Counted from the first letter of the stretch, positions 1-12,299 are shown. The stretch: DNA of 64,000 nt from Octopus vulgaris (GCA_951406725.2 OX597816.1:12214001-12278000); one strand, 5' to 3'. A program made the numbers and translations. The notes: a model not told the origin generated them from the sequence alone.

Positions 1-1828
1 GCTTTTCTTTTGAAGGGTTAAAAAAAAAAAAAAAAAGGAAGGGGGGTGTTTCGATCAAAAGGGATCGTAAAAGGAGAGAAAGAGGACAAAAAAGGGGGGG
101 TTAAAAAAAGGGGGAGAGGAAAAAAAAAAAAAAAATTGATCAATAGGGATCGTTATCACAGAAATGTCAATATGAAGTGTAAAGGGGAGGACAGGTGAGG
201 TTTACCCGTGGAAAGAAAAGCCTACGGAAAAGACCACAGTAACCTCGGTCAATGGAGTCACATGTTATATTTCTTTTTTTTTTTTTTTTTTTTTTTTCGC
301 GAATAAGCAACTCTCTGTTTTCAATTTCTGGGTTCATAGGATCATACTCAAGGTGGCTTCGTCATTCATACGTGCCATTCTTGCTACATTCACCCATCTT
401 TTTAAAACATTCGCTAGACAAAACTTGCCTCTCTACTCTCACTTTCCTTTTCAAGTGGTACTTGAAGAAGTTGATGAGAGATTGACCAGAGAGGAAAGTG
501 TTTGTCTCCAATCCTTTCAGACGCGTCCACCAGATACATTCTTTCGCCATAGCCACAAGGATGATGAAAATAGCTCTTCCTTCCCGTTTGAAGGAAGGAG
601 GCGTGACAATATTGACGATAGACTCAGCTGATAAACCGACTCGTCCCACACGTGACAGCAGTCGTTCGACATAAGCCCACAAGTCGGAAATTGTTCGACA
701 CTGAACGAGTGCGTGCAGAACGGTTTCGTCGCTCTGACCGCATCTCGGGCAGGTCGGCCCCGTGTTTCTCGAGCCGTGTCTGTAGAGCTTATCCCGAACG
801 GGTAGCGCTTCTCGGTAGCACTGCCAGGCCAGGGATCTCTGGAAGTTGTCCATGTGCCCTGGCCCGAAAGTCGTCCTGAACAGGCGGGTCAGGTACTCCT
901 CGTCGACGTCCAGGTTCGCCCCGAGCTCGTCGTCGTACCTCCCCTCCACTAAACCCCTATAGAATGCTTTGGTTGTGTTGAAGTCACTTAAGGTCGACCC
1001 AGGACGGCAGAGTTGAATGAGAGCAACGCGACACTCGCGGTGCCATTCGCCCTTCCTCGGCCTCTTTTTGATCCACGACTGCAGTTCGGTCATGGAGACG
1101 AGCTGCGGGAAAGCGTGCCTCACAAACGGCGACCACACCTGTTCACCGTCGTCTACATAGAGCCAGAGATGTCGCAGTCTCAGCGCGTGTCTGCGCATCA
1201 TCAACCACGGCATGCCCAGCCCTCCTTTTAACGGGTGTTGACAGCAAATGGATCGCCTGACCATCGGGACGCATCCTTTCCACAAGAAGCGAAAGAGGAT
1301 GCGTTGTAGTTTGGTGATGGTAGGGTCGGGACAAGGTACGACGGTCAGGCGGTAGTAGATGACGGACGCGATGTACGTGTTCGCCACCTCCGCTCGACCT
1401 TTTAGGGACAGTTTCCTCTCGGCCCATTGCCGGGCGAGAGTGACCACCCTACTCGTTATCTCATTCCAGTTCTTCTCCACTTGGAGGTCCGGACCAAACC
1501 AGACCCCGAGCAACTCAACCGGGCCGTCGGTCCAGCGTCCCACGACGGAGGCGCTGGTGGACGGCATGGGCTTGCTTCTCCAGGTGCCTAGTCGCAAGCC
1601 CACTGACTTTTCCCGGTTGATTTTCGCTCCTGTCACCGCTTCATAGTTTTTCAGTGTCACGCTGACCAGCTCGATGTGCTTTTGGCTAGAAACTATGATG
1701 GTGACGTCATCCGCTTATGCAGGCACGCTCGTCCTGCATCCCAATTCTTGCGGGATGCCCCTTAGAGTCGCCAGCTTCCGCAGTAGTGGCTCAAGAGTCA
1801 ATACGTATAGAAGCGCCGAGAGGGGGCA
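1..1828 (-). mobile_element. 5'-truncated Tx1/L1-clade non-LTR retrotransposon (RT C-terminal half, zf-RVT CCHC, 3' UTR running off the window start)
   Basis: In-frame minus translation from 1828: CPLSALLYVLTLEPLLRKL...VPA*ADDVTII...GAKINREKS...LGVWFG...W..RKLSLKGRAEVAN...GGLG...CPRCGQSDETVLHALVQC. ORF 362..1660 is open for 432 codons. YADD reads TAA-GCG-GAT-GAC at 1717..1706. Visibly more GC-rich than the surroundings. Confidence 0.93.
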
Positions 1829-1830
1829 TA

Positions 1831-1925
1831 TGTAGGTAGGTAGGTAGGTAGATAGATAAATAAATAGATAGGTAGGTAGGTAGGTAGATAGATAGAGAGA
1901 CAGACAGTCAGGTAGATAAATAGAT
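1831..1925. repeat. (TAGG)n/(GATA)n microsatellite flanking the LINE 5' end
   Basis: gtaggtaggtaggtagatagat... directly abuts the truncation point. Confidence 0.9.
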
Positions 1926-2299
1926 ACAGTTCTATATTTAAGAGATGAGGAATTATGTACATTATTTACATTATTTACATTTGACGGATATTTGTCCTCA
2001 TCTTCTTTGTTGTTAACACAACATTTCGGTTGATATACCCTCCAGCCTTCATCAGGTATCTTGGGGAAATTTCAAACCTGGGTTCTCATTCCTAAGGTAT
2101 TTTTCGATGTTGTTGTTGTTATTATTATTATTATTATTATTATTAGTATTCAGGTCGCTCCCTGGAATTGAAATCGGAATCTTGGGGTTAAGAGCATGGG
2201 CTACTATCTCCAAGATTCTGAGTTTGATTCCAGACAGTGATCTGAATAATAACAATAATAATAATAATAATAACAATAATAACATCGAAAAATACCTTA
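1926..2299. mobile_element. tRNA-head + (AAT)n + hammerhead element, fold-back copy 1
   Basis: Inverted arm 1926..2190 carries, on the minus strand, GATAC-CTGATGA-A-GGCTG-GAGGGTATAT-CAACC-GAAA-TG-TT-GTGTT. Forward arm 2188..2299 has the tRNA 3' part, (AAT)n and atcgaaaaatacctta. Homologous to 46071..46399. Confidence 0.8.
2015..2060 (-). ncRNA. minimal type-I hammerhead ribozyme motif (slightly decayed)
   Basis: CUGAUGA core (2055..2049), stem II GGCUG/CAACC with 1 mismatch, GAAA, minimal stem III AUGU (ACGU inferred), stem I GAUAC/GUGUU. Confidence 0.7.
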
Positions 2300-2426
2300 C
2301 CGAGGTTGACTTTGCCTTTCGTCCTTTTGGGGTCAATAAATTAAGTACAAATTGAGTACTGGAAACGATGTAATCGATAATACCCCTCCCCCAAATTTCT
2401 GGCTTTGTGCCTAGAGTAGAAAAGAT

Positions 2427-2799
2427 TATTAGCCCTGGCTAATTCTAGAGGTCATTTTATACCTTAAATTGCAATTTTTGAACTACAAAAATATTGACTG
2501 TTTTGAAAACGTTTTTTTTTTCTGCATTTCCCATCTGAATCATTCATTGATATTTCATACACATTCGCATTTGACACTAGAGTTTTTAAAAAAATGTTTA
2601 TTATTGCAATTGAGTAGAAAAGGATAAATGTGCTTTTTATCTGCAATCCCCATTTGGAACTTTTCGAAAAATTTATCGTAATTTCCAAAATAATCCACAT
2701 ATGAAGACAATTTTAATACTATATATTATTTTGATTCTTAAAGACACCTGGCAGAGACAAAAAAATATGAATGAAAAAATTTGGCAGTTAATGGGTTAA
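2427..2799. mobile_element. probable piggyBac-type MITE remnant
   Basis: Right end ggcagttaatggg-TTAA; left end only weakly recognisable. Confidence 0.35.
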
Positions 2800-2894
2800 T
2801 GCCATATGAATTGGGAGAAACGAGGAAAATATTTTCATTTTTATTATTTTCATCTTTTGGCTTAGTTTTGGTATTACAGGAATCTTTTTTCTTT

Positions 2895-3125
2895 TATATT
2901 CTACTTGCTTCAGTTATTTGACTGCGGCCATGCTGGAGCACCATCTTGAAGTGTTTTAGGTGAACAAATCGACCCCAGGCCTTTTTCTGATTTTTTTTAA
3001 AAACCTAGTATTTATTCTATCAGACTCTTTTTTGCTGAACTGCTAAGTTACAGGGATGTAAACACACCATCACCGGTTGTCAATTGGTGGTGTGGTACAA
3101 ACACAGACACGAAGACACACACACA
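2895..3125 (-). mobile_element. SINE family A, 3' half
   Basis: Matches the reverse complement of the 3' half of 8389..8804. Confidence 0.8.
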
Positions 3126-3127
3126 CG

Positions 3128-3885
3128 TGAGGGAGTCATACCCAACAATTGGTGTAACAGCATACTAGTCAACTCCTACAGAGGTAATGCTCATGCCTTT
3201 GACAAGAATAATTACAGAGTCATCAAATTGCTGGACTTGGTGACAAAAGTCACAGAAAGGGTCACAGCTCAATTAATTAGGGAGAGAGTTAATGTAGATG
3301 AAATTGAGTTTGGATATGTGACAGACAGGAGCACGACTGATGCTTTATTTCTGGTTAGGCAACGGCAGGAGAAATATTTAGCCCAAAATAAACCTCTGTA
3401 CCTAGCTTTTGTCAACATGGAGAAAGCCTTTGACAGTCTCCTGCTCCCTTATCTGGTGGTCAATGTGAAAGTTAGGGGGATAGATGAGTGGTTTGTGAGA
3501 GTGGTACTAGCTGTGTACAGGGATGCTGCCAGTAAGGTGGAGGTTGCAAATGAGTATAGCAATGGACTTTGTGTACAAGTAGGAGTTCACCAAGGTTCAG
3601 TTCTCATCCCCATCTTGTTTATCTTAGTCCTCTGGCCTTAACAGACGAATTCAAGATCAGCTTTCCTTGAGACCTCCTCTATGCTGATGACCTTGTTCCT
3701 ATAGCTGAATCCCCACCTGACTCATCATCTTCATCATCATCATTGTTTAATGTCCGCATTCCATGCTAGCATGGGTTGGACGATTTGACTGAGGACTGGT
3801 GAACCAGAAGAAATTTCAGGTGGGAAAGCAAGGCCTGGAATCTAAGGACATTAGAGTTAATTTAGCAAAACTAAAGTCCTAGTAA
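3128..3885 (+). mobile_element. RTE-clade LINE reverse transcriptase fragment (decayed; SINE-C tail inserted ~3722..3808)
   Basis: IPNNW.NS...NYRVIKLL...STTDALFLVRQRQEK...LYLAFVNMEKAFD...VGVHQGSVL, and LLYADDLV near 3675. Confidence 0.9.
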
Positions 3886-4101
3886 CAGCTTAAATATACT
3901 GTCACTAACAACATGCTGTAGGAAAACCGAGTGAAACAAAATTTATTTAACAAGATATTCCTTGAGAGGGTGTATCTGCACTGAGGAATGCACCACAACT
4001 GGCTGCACAGTATCCCCACTGCGAGGGAGCGATGCAGGATGCATTAAAACAATCGTTATGAGCAATAAAGTTTCTCATATCTTCCATTTTCCATCTCTAT
4101 C

Positions 4102-4334
4102 TGTTTCTTTATTACCCACAAGGGGCTAAACATAGAAGGGACAAACAAGGACAGACAAACAGATTAAGTCGATTACATCGACCGCAGTGCGTAACTGGTA
4201 CTTAATTTATCGACCCCGAAAGGATGAAAGGCAAAGTCGACCTCGGTGGAATTTGAACTCCGAAAGTAACGGCAGACGAAATACGGCTACGCATTTCGCC
4301 CGGTGTGCTAATGGTTCTGCCAGCTCGCCGCCTG
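4102..4334 (-). mobile_element. SINE family B (tail type B1), full length, with 16-bp TSD
   Basis: Head ggcggcgagctggcagaa..gagttcaaattcc; core gcctttcatcctttcggggtcgataaattaagtaccag; TSD attttccatctctatc at 4086..4101 and 4335..4350. Confidence 0.9.
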
Positions 4335-4656
4335 ATTTTCCATCTCTATCATTTGTTATATGCTGATGTAAATCTAGCAATAATTGTATAAATACTGTGG
4401 ATGGCTTCAGGCAGCCATAGGCAGTGAACGTGCTTCATCAGCTTATGACTAGGAATATACAGAAAACTTAAATATTTACTTTATATATATATATGTGTGT
4501 GTGTGTGGGGAGGCAGAGTGTAAGATTTGCGATTCATGAGTCTTGTTACGTTGCTTATTGCCAATCAATCAGTAATTGGCTCTCTCTTTCTGCATAGAGA
4601 AATTGATATTCACTTCAGATTGTTCCAAATATAAATCATTAAATTCAAAATTGATA

Positions 4657-4793
4657 GTATATATATATATATATATATATAGACAGACATAGATAGATAG
4701 ATAAAAGGATAGATAGATAACAAATTGATAGATAGATAGATAAATAGATAGATAGATAGATAACAAATAGATAGATAGATAGATAACAAATAG

Positions 4794-4824
<31 letters not shown>

Positions 4825-4832
4825 GATAACAA

Positions 4833-4864
<32 letters not shown>

Positions 4865-4880
4865 CAAATAGTTAGATAGA
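4657..4880. repeat. (TA)n + compound (GATA)n microsatellite
   Basis: Direct reading. Confidence 0.95.
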
Positions 4881-4884
4881 AAGA

Positions 4885-5022
4885 AAGATAATTTTCTTTA
4901 TTGGACACAAAGAGGGGACAAATACAAATGTAGAGCTTTCCTTTTCGAAAATGAAAAAAAAGGGGAAAATAAGAAAAAAAGTAAAGTTCCGATCAAAAGG
5001 GATCAGGAAAACAAAAATGAGA
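4885..5022 (-). mobile_element. short 3'-end remnant of the same Tx1-like LINE family, inside (GATA)n
   Basis: gctttccttttcgaa..A/G-run..ttccgatcaaaagggatc matches window 1..66 (gcttttcttttgaa..tttcgatcaaaagggatc). Confidence 0.6.
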
Positions 5023-5259
5023 AAGATAGATAGATACGTGTGTCCATACATGTGCATGTATGCTCATGTGTATAGCCTTCTGTTTTGCACAGGTAAATCT
5101 GCCATACTTCGCTAACAACTTCACCACTAAACACTGTCTGTAATACTCTACGACATTACACCTCGTTAGGCCATTTTATAAACATCTAGTTAATTCACTA
5201 AGATAGATAATTCCAGGTGTGATGATGCAAACAGGGAAAAATAGAGCTCAAAACGTAAG

Positions 5260-5650
5260 TATTCTTTTATTTGTTTGTCATTTGACTGTGGCCATGCTGG
5301 AGCACCACATTTAGTCGAGCAAATCGACCCCAGGACTTATTCTTTGTAAGCTTAGTACTTATTCTATCGGTCTTTTTTGAAGAACTGCTAAGTTACGGGG
5401 ACGTAAAGACACCAACAACTGTTGTCAAGCGATTGTGGGGCAACAGACACACACACACATACATGCACACATATATATGTATATATGATGGGCTTCTTTC
5501 AGTTTCCATCTACCAGATCCACCCACTAGGCTTTGGTTGGTCTGAGGACATAGCAGAAGACACTTGCCCAAGGTGCCACGCAGTGAGACTGAACCCAGTA
5601 CCATATGGTTGACAAGCAAGCTACTTATCACACAGCCACTCGGGCGCCTA
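5260..5650 (-). mobile_element. SINE family A, full length
   Basis: Reverse complement of the family A sequence (gagtggctgtg..ggttcagtc..ccttgggcaagtgtctt..gactgaaac). Confidence 0.9.
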
Positions 5651-5941
5651 TAGATATATTTTTGTGACAAATTTTATCAGAAGCTATAGAGTGACTCAAG
5701 GGCCGAAAGTTTTGTATGTTAGCACTTATTAAACTAGTGTAATTCAAGTAGCAATTATATTCAAAGACTGAGATCATTAAAATTAATTTGTTCAACATTT
5801 TAGTATATTGGAACACATCTTGAAGTTCACGATTCACTGCTGGTCACTTATTCCCATCCAATTTGTAATTGGTTTGGGGAGGGGGTTTGCCTGTCAGTAC
5901 AGATAATTATATTTCAGTTCAGAACATTTTTTTTCTTTTGT

Positions 5942-6291
5942 AGTAAAGATTATTTGCCAACATAACATGGCAGTCCTGGTTTAGGATGAATGTTGCTGTA
6001 ATTTAGCCACAGGAGATATTGACACGATCTGTGTCCTTATATTTTCAAGCAAGGGAATCTAGCACCCCCACTCAGATCAAAACAATATCTGATGAAGAAA
6101 AATAACCCAGAAATCGCGATACACTGATATTGTTTTGAGCTGAGTGGGGGTGCTAAATTCCCTTGTTTGAAAATATAAGGACACAAATCATGTCGTATAG
6201 TCAGCTGGAGACGATGTCTCCTGGGGCTAAATTACAGCAACATTCGTCCTAAACCAGGACTGCCATGTTATATTGGCAAATAATCTTTACT
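5942..6291. mobile_element. fold-back element with a hammerhead-like motif in the loop
   Basis: About 150-bp imperfect inverted arms; centre CTGATGA (6089..6095)...GAAA-TCGCGA-TA (6110..6121). Confidence 0.7.
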
Positions 6292-7319
6292 CCAAAGTAC
6301 TGTTGCTGAATATCTCTGTTTGTGAGATTTACAAATAATAATTTTCTAATTTTTTTTTTTGTTTTAAACAGAAATTATTGAATTCAAAATCAATAATTTC
6401 ATGAAATAACTATATCTAGTTGTGTGAAGTTAAGCACTTTGCTTCCCTATCATGTGGTTTCAGATTCCGTCCCACTGCTTGGCCCCCTTGTGCAAGTGTT
6501 TTCTATTATTGTCATGGCACTCTGTTGGTTATGACAAGGGTTCCAGTTGTTCAGATCAATGGACTGGCACCGATCCATGCTTGAATGATGTTTATTACAG
6601 GCAGTACTGTCATTGACCATGTCAACGATTTTGATTTGTTTTGTATATAAGAAAAATAAATATATATATATATATAAGTGCAGTAATGCCTTGATATCTG
6701 AGTTAATTTATTCCCAGAGTTCACTCGTAAAGCAAAAACTCATTAAGCAGACAATAATTTCCCATAGTAGCACTGAAATCTAATCAACTACCCCCCTCCC
6801 CATAATTTTAGGTCATGTGTCTAGAATAGAAAAGAATCGTTTGCACACTGGGGGAAATACTTAGTGGTATTTCGTCTGCCGCTACGTTCTGAGCTCAAAT
6901 CACCCGAAGGTTGACTTTGGCCTTTCATCCTTTCGCAGCTGATAAAATTAGTACCAGTTATGCACTGGGGTTGATGTCACCGACTTAATCCCTTCCCTCA
7001 GATTTGAAGCCTCATGCTTCCAGTAGAAATGATTATTATTAAGATGGCAGCACACTGGCAGAACTATTAGCATGCCAGACAAAATGCGGTTAAACATTTT
7101 GTCCCTTATGTTCTGAGTTCAAATGCTGCCAAGGTCGACTTTGTCTTTTATAGTTTTGGGGCCACTGGAGTCAACGTAATTGATTTTCCCCTTCTCCAGA
7201 ATTTCAGGAGTTTTGCCTGTTGGAGGAAGGAATATTATTATTATATGGCATTCAGTATGTCATGATACAATTTCATTACATCATACGTACATGAGAAAAT
7301 AAAGATGCCACACTGAACT

Positions 7320-7371
<52 letters not shown>

Positions 7372-7990
7372 CAAAGAGAGAAGCAGAGAGACAAACAGGC
7401 AGACAGACAGACAGATAGACAAATTGAGACAGACAGACATACAGAGACAAATAGAGAGACAGACAGACAGCAACAAAAAGTGAGACAGAGAGACAGAGAA
7501 AGATAGAGAGAAAGAGGGAGAAAGACAGACAGACAGACAGCGACAAAAAGAGAGACAAAGACAGACAGACAGATAGAGACAGACAGAGACAGACAGAGAC
7601 ATACAAAGACAAAGAGAGAGTGAGAGAGACAAAGAGAGAGAGAGAGACAAACAAACAAGTAGAAAGACAGCAACAAAATTTGAGACAGAGACAGACAGAC
7701 AGACAGAGACAAAGAGAGAGATAGAGAGAAAGAGGTACTCAGGCAGACAGCAACAAAAGGAGAGACAGAGACAGACAGACAGATAGACAGAGACAAAGAG
7801 AGAGATAGAGAAAGAGAGGTAGAAAGACAGACAGACAGAGAACAACAAAAAAAAGAGAGAGAGATAGACAGATAGACAGTGACAAAGAGCAAGAGAGACA
7901 GAGAGAAACAGACAGGTAGAAAGACAGAGGCAGACAGACAGACAGATAGACAGCCAGGTAGATAGATAGGCAGCCAGATAGCCAGGTAGG
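7320..7990. repeat. compound (GA)n/(GACA)n microsatellite with internal duplications
   Basis: Direct reading; source of the S/L/V/C-rich ORFs. Confidence 0.95.
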
Positions 7991-8388
7991 AAGAAAGAGC
8001 TTTACTTTTTGCATTTCTCGTTAGTGCTATTTCTCCTGCAGTTATTTTCAATGCTTTGACCTTAGACTGCATTCAAACAAACATGGCTGTGTTTTATAAG
8101 CCATATTTTCCAGTCATCGATTTTTTTGTCTTTTTCTTTTTCTTTTCATTTATTTAGTTCAAGGAGGAGATATCGGTCCCCTAAGCTCTTTTACAGCTTT
8201 GATCTTCAACTGGAACTTCTTCAGGTCAATACCAAAACCAAAAGAGAAAATTCAAAGATATTTCAAGTTTTAGAAAAGTTGTGGTTTTAACCAAAACGCT
8301 TTTGGTTAATTGAATGTTTTTTTTTTTTTTTTGATTTTTGGTATTTTTTGTCTTTCAATCTGTTTTTATTTCGTTAACCACTACCACA

Positions 8389-8804
8389 GCAGGAGTGGCT
8401 GTGTGGTAAGTAGCTTGCTAACCAACCACATGGTTCCGGGTTCAGTCCCACTGCGTGGCATCTTGGGCAAGTGTCTTCTGCTATAGCCCCGGGCCGACCA
8501 ATGCCTTGTGAGTGGATTTGGTAGACGGAAACTGAAAGAAGCCTGTCGTATATATGTATATATATATATGTGTGTGTATATGTGTTTGTATGTCTGTGTT
8601 TGTCCCCCTAGCATTGCTTGACAACCGATGCTGGTGTGTTTACGTCCCCGTCACTTAGCGGTTCGGCAAAAGAGACCGATAGAATAAGTACTGGGCTTAC
8701 AAAGAATAAGTCCTGGGGTCGATTTGCTCGACTAAAGGCGGTGCTCCAGCATGGCCGCAGTCAAATGACTGAAACAAGTAAAAGAGTAAAAGAGTAAAAG
8801 AGTA
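8389..8804 (+). mobile_element. SINE family A (tRNA-derived), full length
   Basis: A-box-like gtggctgtgtggt, B-box-like ggttcagtccc, internal (TA)/(TG) tract, tail (gtaaaaga)n. Near-identical to 53657..54066. Confidence 0.92.
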
Positions 8805-9019
8805 ACTGTATTACACTCGTGTGACCTTTGTGGGAAAAGTACCAAAGTAGCAGAATGGTTGATGTAGATCTTTGATGGAGCATTGGACAATTTAATAACG
8901 CTTCTACATGTCGCAACACGTTTACTGCGGAAGATCTCAGTCAAGACATGGTGTCTCTGTAATTTGCTTTTTTTGTTTTTGCTTTTGTTTTCTTTTTATG
9001 GATGTCTTCATTGTCTTTA

Positions 9020-9713
9020 CCATCATTCCCATCATCATCATCATCATCATCATTGCCATCATTGTTGTAATCATCATCATCATTGTCACCACCATCATCA
9101 GCATTACCACAACCACCTTCCCCATTTCGACCACCACCCACCACCACCACCACCACCACCGCCATCACCATCATCGTCACACCACCAACACAACCACTTT
9201 CACCATCATGAATGCAACCACCACCACCACCATCATCATCATTATCACGACCACTACCACCAACATCATCATCATCACCACCACCACAACCACCTTCGCT
9301 GGCTTGACCACCACCAACCCAACCACCAACACCACCACCATCATCATCATCATCATTACCACAACCACCTTCCCCATTTCGACCACCATCATCATCATCA
9401 TCACACCATCATCACAACCACTTTCACCATCAGGATGATGATGATGAGGAGGAGGAGGAGGTTGGGGATGAGGGGGAGGAAGAGGGTGATAATGAGGGAT
9501 AGACATTATCTAATGATGATGAGGATGAGGAGGGTGACGATGATGATGAGAAGTATGAGGAGGAAGAGGAGGATGTTTATGATGAACAGAATGATGATGA
9601 TGATGAGGCAGAGGAGGAGAATGAGGATGAGGTGGAGGAGGTGGAGAGGGGATGATAACGATGATAAGAACGAAGAAGATGATGTTTGGGAGGAGGAGGA
9701 GGAGGAGCCCATG

Positions 9714-9752
<39 letters not shown>
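9020..9752. repeat. (CAT/CAC)n, then (GAT/GAG)n, then (TA)n low-complexity tract
   Basis: Direct reading; source of the poly-H/M/T ORFs. Confidence 0.95.
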
Positions 9753-9759
<7 letters not shown>

Positions 9760-10521
9760 GTTTGTGTGTCTGTGTTTGTCCCCTCAACATCGCTTGACAA
9801 CCGATGCTTGTGTGTTTATGTCCTGTAACATAGCGGTTCAGCAAAAAAGACTGATTGAATAAGTACTAGGCTTACAAAGAATAAGTCCTGGGGTCGATTT
9901 GCTCGGCTAAAGACGGTGCTCCAGCATGGCTGCAGTCAAATGACTGAAACCTTTTTCCATCCTTGTTTTCGTATACATTCACTGCTTTCTTCCAAGTAAT
10001 CTAGTGCTCTTATATTATGGACCCCAAAAGGATGAAAGGCAAAGTCGCCCTCAACAGAATTTGAACCCGGAATCTATTAATGCATTAAAATGCTGTTAAG
10101 CATCTAACCTGACATGCAAACGATACTATCAGCTCACCACCTTATAATAATAATTATAAGAAGAAGAAGATTAATAATGATAATATTAAAAATATTAATT
10201 AAAATAAAATAAAATATAAATTAAGAAATTTGTAATATAATACCTTGTTTCAAATATCTTTTTCTTCAAATCTTCAAATTGCAGATTCTCCTATAATCTA
10301 GTTGACATTTTAATAGCATTTATGGATTGTCGGTATCAGAAGTATAAATGTTATCCTTGTTTAACTATTTGCATTTGTATCTTTTAAAATCTTAACCCTT
10401 AATCTTCTGCAATCAGAGCGAGGTCTAATGGATGTCTTTGAGTTTATTCCAAGACAGGTTTTTTCTCTATCAAAAGAATAAAATATATTGAATTTAACAA
10501 ATGTAAAAAGCAAAAGAAATA

Positions 10522-10552
10522 AATAGTAATAATAATAATAATGATAATAATG

Positions 10553-10588
<36 letters not shown>

Positions 10589-10904
10589 TAATGATAATAA
10601 TGATGATAATAATAATGATGATAATAATAATGATGATAATAATAATGATGATAATAATGATGATGATAATAATAATAATAATAATGATAATAATGATAAT
10701 GATAATAATGATAATGACAATGATAATAATAGCAATAATAATAATAATAATAATGATAATAATGATAATGATAATAATGATAATGATAATAATAGCAATA
10801 ATAATAATAGTAATAATAATAATAGTAACAATAATAATAATAACAATAATAATAGTAACAATAATAATAACAACAATAATAACAACAACAACAACAACAA
10901 CAAC

Positions 10905-10935
<31 letters not shown>
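10522..10935. repeat. (AAT)n/(GAT)/(AAC) microsatellite
   Basis: Direct reading. Confidence 0.95.
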
Positions 10936-10937
<2 letters not shown>

Positions 10938-11904
10938 CCATTATTAAAACACATCTCTACCAAAATTATTTGAAATAAATTTATAAATACAAAAATCATG
11001 AAATAAAATTGAAGTTAAAAAGTTAAAAATAAATCACTTGTAGATTAAAAAACTACAAGTGAAAATGAGAAAAAGGAAGCATTTTCTGCATAAATGAAAT
11101 TATTTTTTGAAGATTATTTTAAAATTTGACAATCTGGCATTGATATGTAAGAGCTAGTTAATAACTGTAATTATTAAAATATTACTGTTTGCCTCCAGGC
11201 TTCTAAATGTTGATGAATTCTATAAAGTTAATCAATGTTTATGAAATCTTAATACATGGAACATCTAAGGCAGAACTTAACCAAAATGCTTAGCGGCATT
11301 TTGTCCATCTTGATGTTCTGAGTTCAAATCCTGTCAAAGTCAACTTTGCGTTTCATGCTTTTGGGGTTGATGAAATAAGTACCAGCCAGACACCAGGATT
11401 GATAGAACTGAAACGCCCCCTCTCCACAAACTGCTGGTCTTGTGCCAAAACTGGAAACCGAAATATGGAACCTCTAAGGTAGCAGGTTGAAAGAACCTAA
11501 AGCATGCCTTGGCAAAATGCTTAGTGGCAGTTTGCCCATCTTTGCAAAGATGCCTTTCAGGGCTCAAATTCCACCAAGATCAATTTTGCCTTTCATCCTT
11601 TTATGGGTCAACAGAATAAGTACCAGTTGAGCACTGGGGCTGATGTAATTGGCCTAGTCCCTTCCCTGAAATTGCTGGCCTGGTGTCAAAATTTTGAAAT
11701 CAGTGTATGTGACATCTGGTAACCTTTTCCAAAGTAGACATCAGAGTTGTGGTTAAGTATCACCCTTGTATTGAAGAGCTTCTTTCAAAACCAGATATAT
11801 GCCACTAGGAGTGGCTGTGTGGTAAGTAGGTTGCTTACGAACCACATGGCTCTGGGTTCAGTCCCACTGCATGGCACCTTGGGCAAGTGTCTTCTAATAT
11901 ACTG

Positions 11905-12131
11905 AGCAGGTATCACCATGACAGCTTTCTGTCATGGTCAATGCTATGATCACATGCTACACATCTTCCTTCCAAGCAGTGCTATAAACAGTGGAAGTAG
12001 GGTAGAAAATTAAAATTTGGTGTGCATGTACAGCAGAGGTTAAGGTCAATTTGTGCCAAGCGACTTCACTCTGCGTGCTTCAGCTTCGTTTCTATGGCAA
12101 CAATCCTGATATTTATTGATCAAATCCCGTA
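11905..12131. mobile_element. single long TIR of the mariner derivative seen at 50494..51375
   Basis: gctacacatcttccttccaagcagtgct...tttattgatcaaatcccgta is homologous to 51200..51375. Confidence 0.75.
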
Positions 12132-12171
<40 letters not shown>

Positions 12172-12175
12172 CATA

Positions 12176-12299
12176 CAGGGTGATTCAAAAGTCACCATAC
12201 ATAGGAAAAATTTATTTTTTATAAGAAACAGTTAAATAAAAAGACTGTTTCTTATAAAGAAATAAATTGTTCTTATGTATGGCGACTTTTGAATCACCC

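Noticed and set aside
8813-8866. HSCDLCGKS, resembling a C2H2 zinc-finger start
   Set aside because: No F..L..H...H continuation, and a stop follows shortly.
10244-10467. Minus-strand exon with good acceptor and donor
   Set aside because: Stops in all three frames; could be non-coding but is unsupported.
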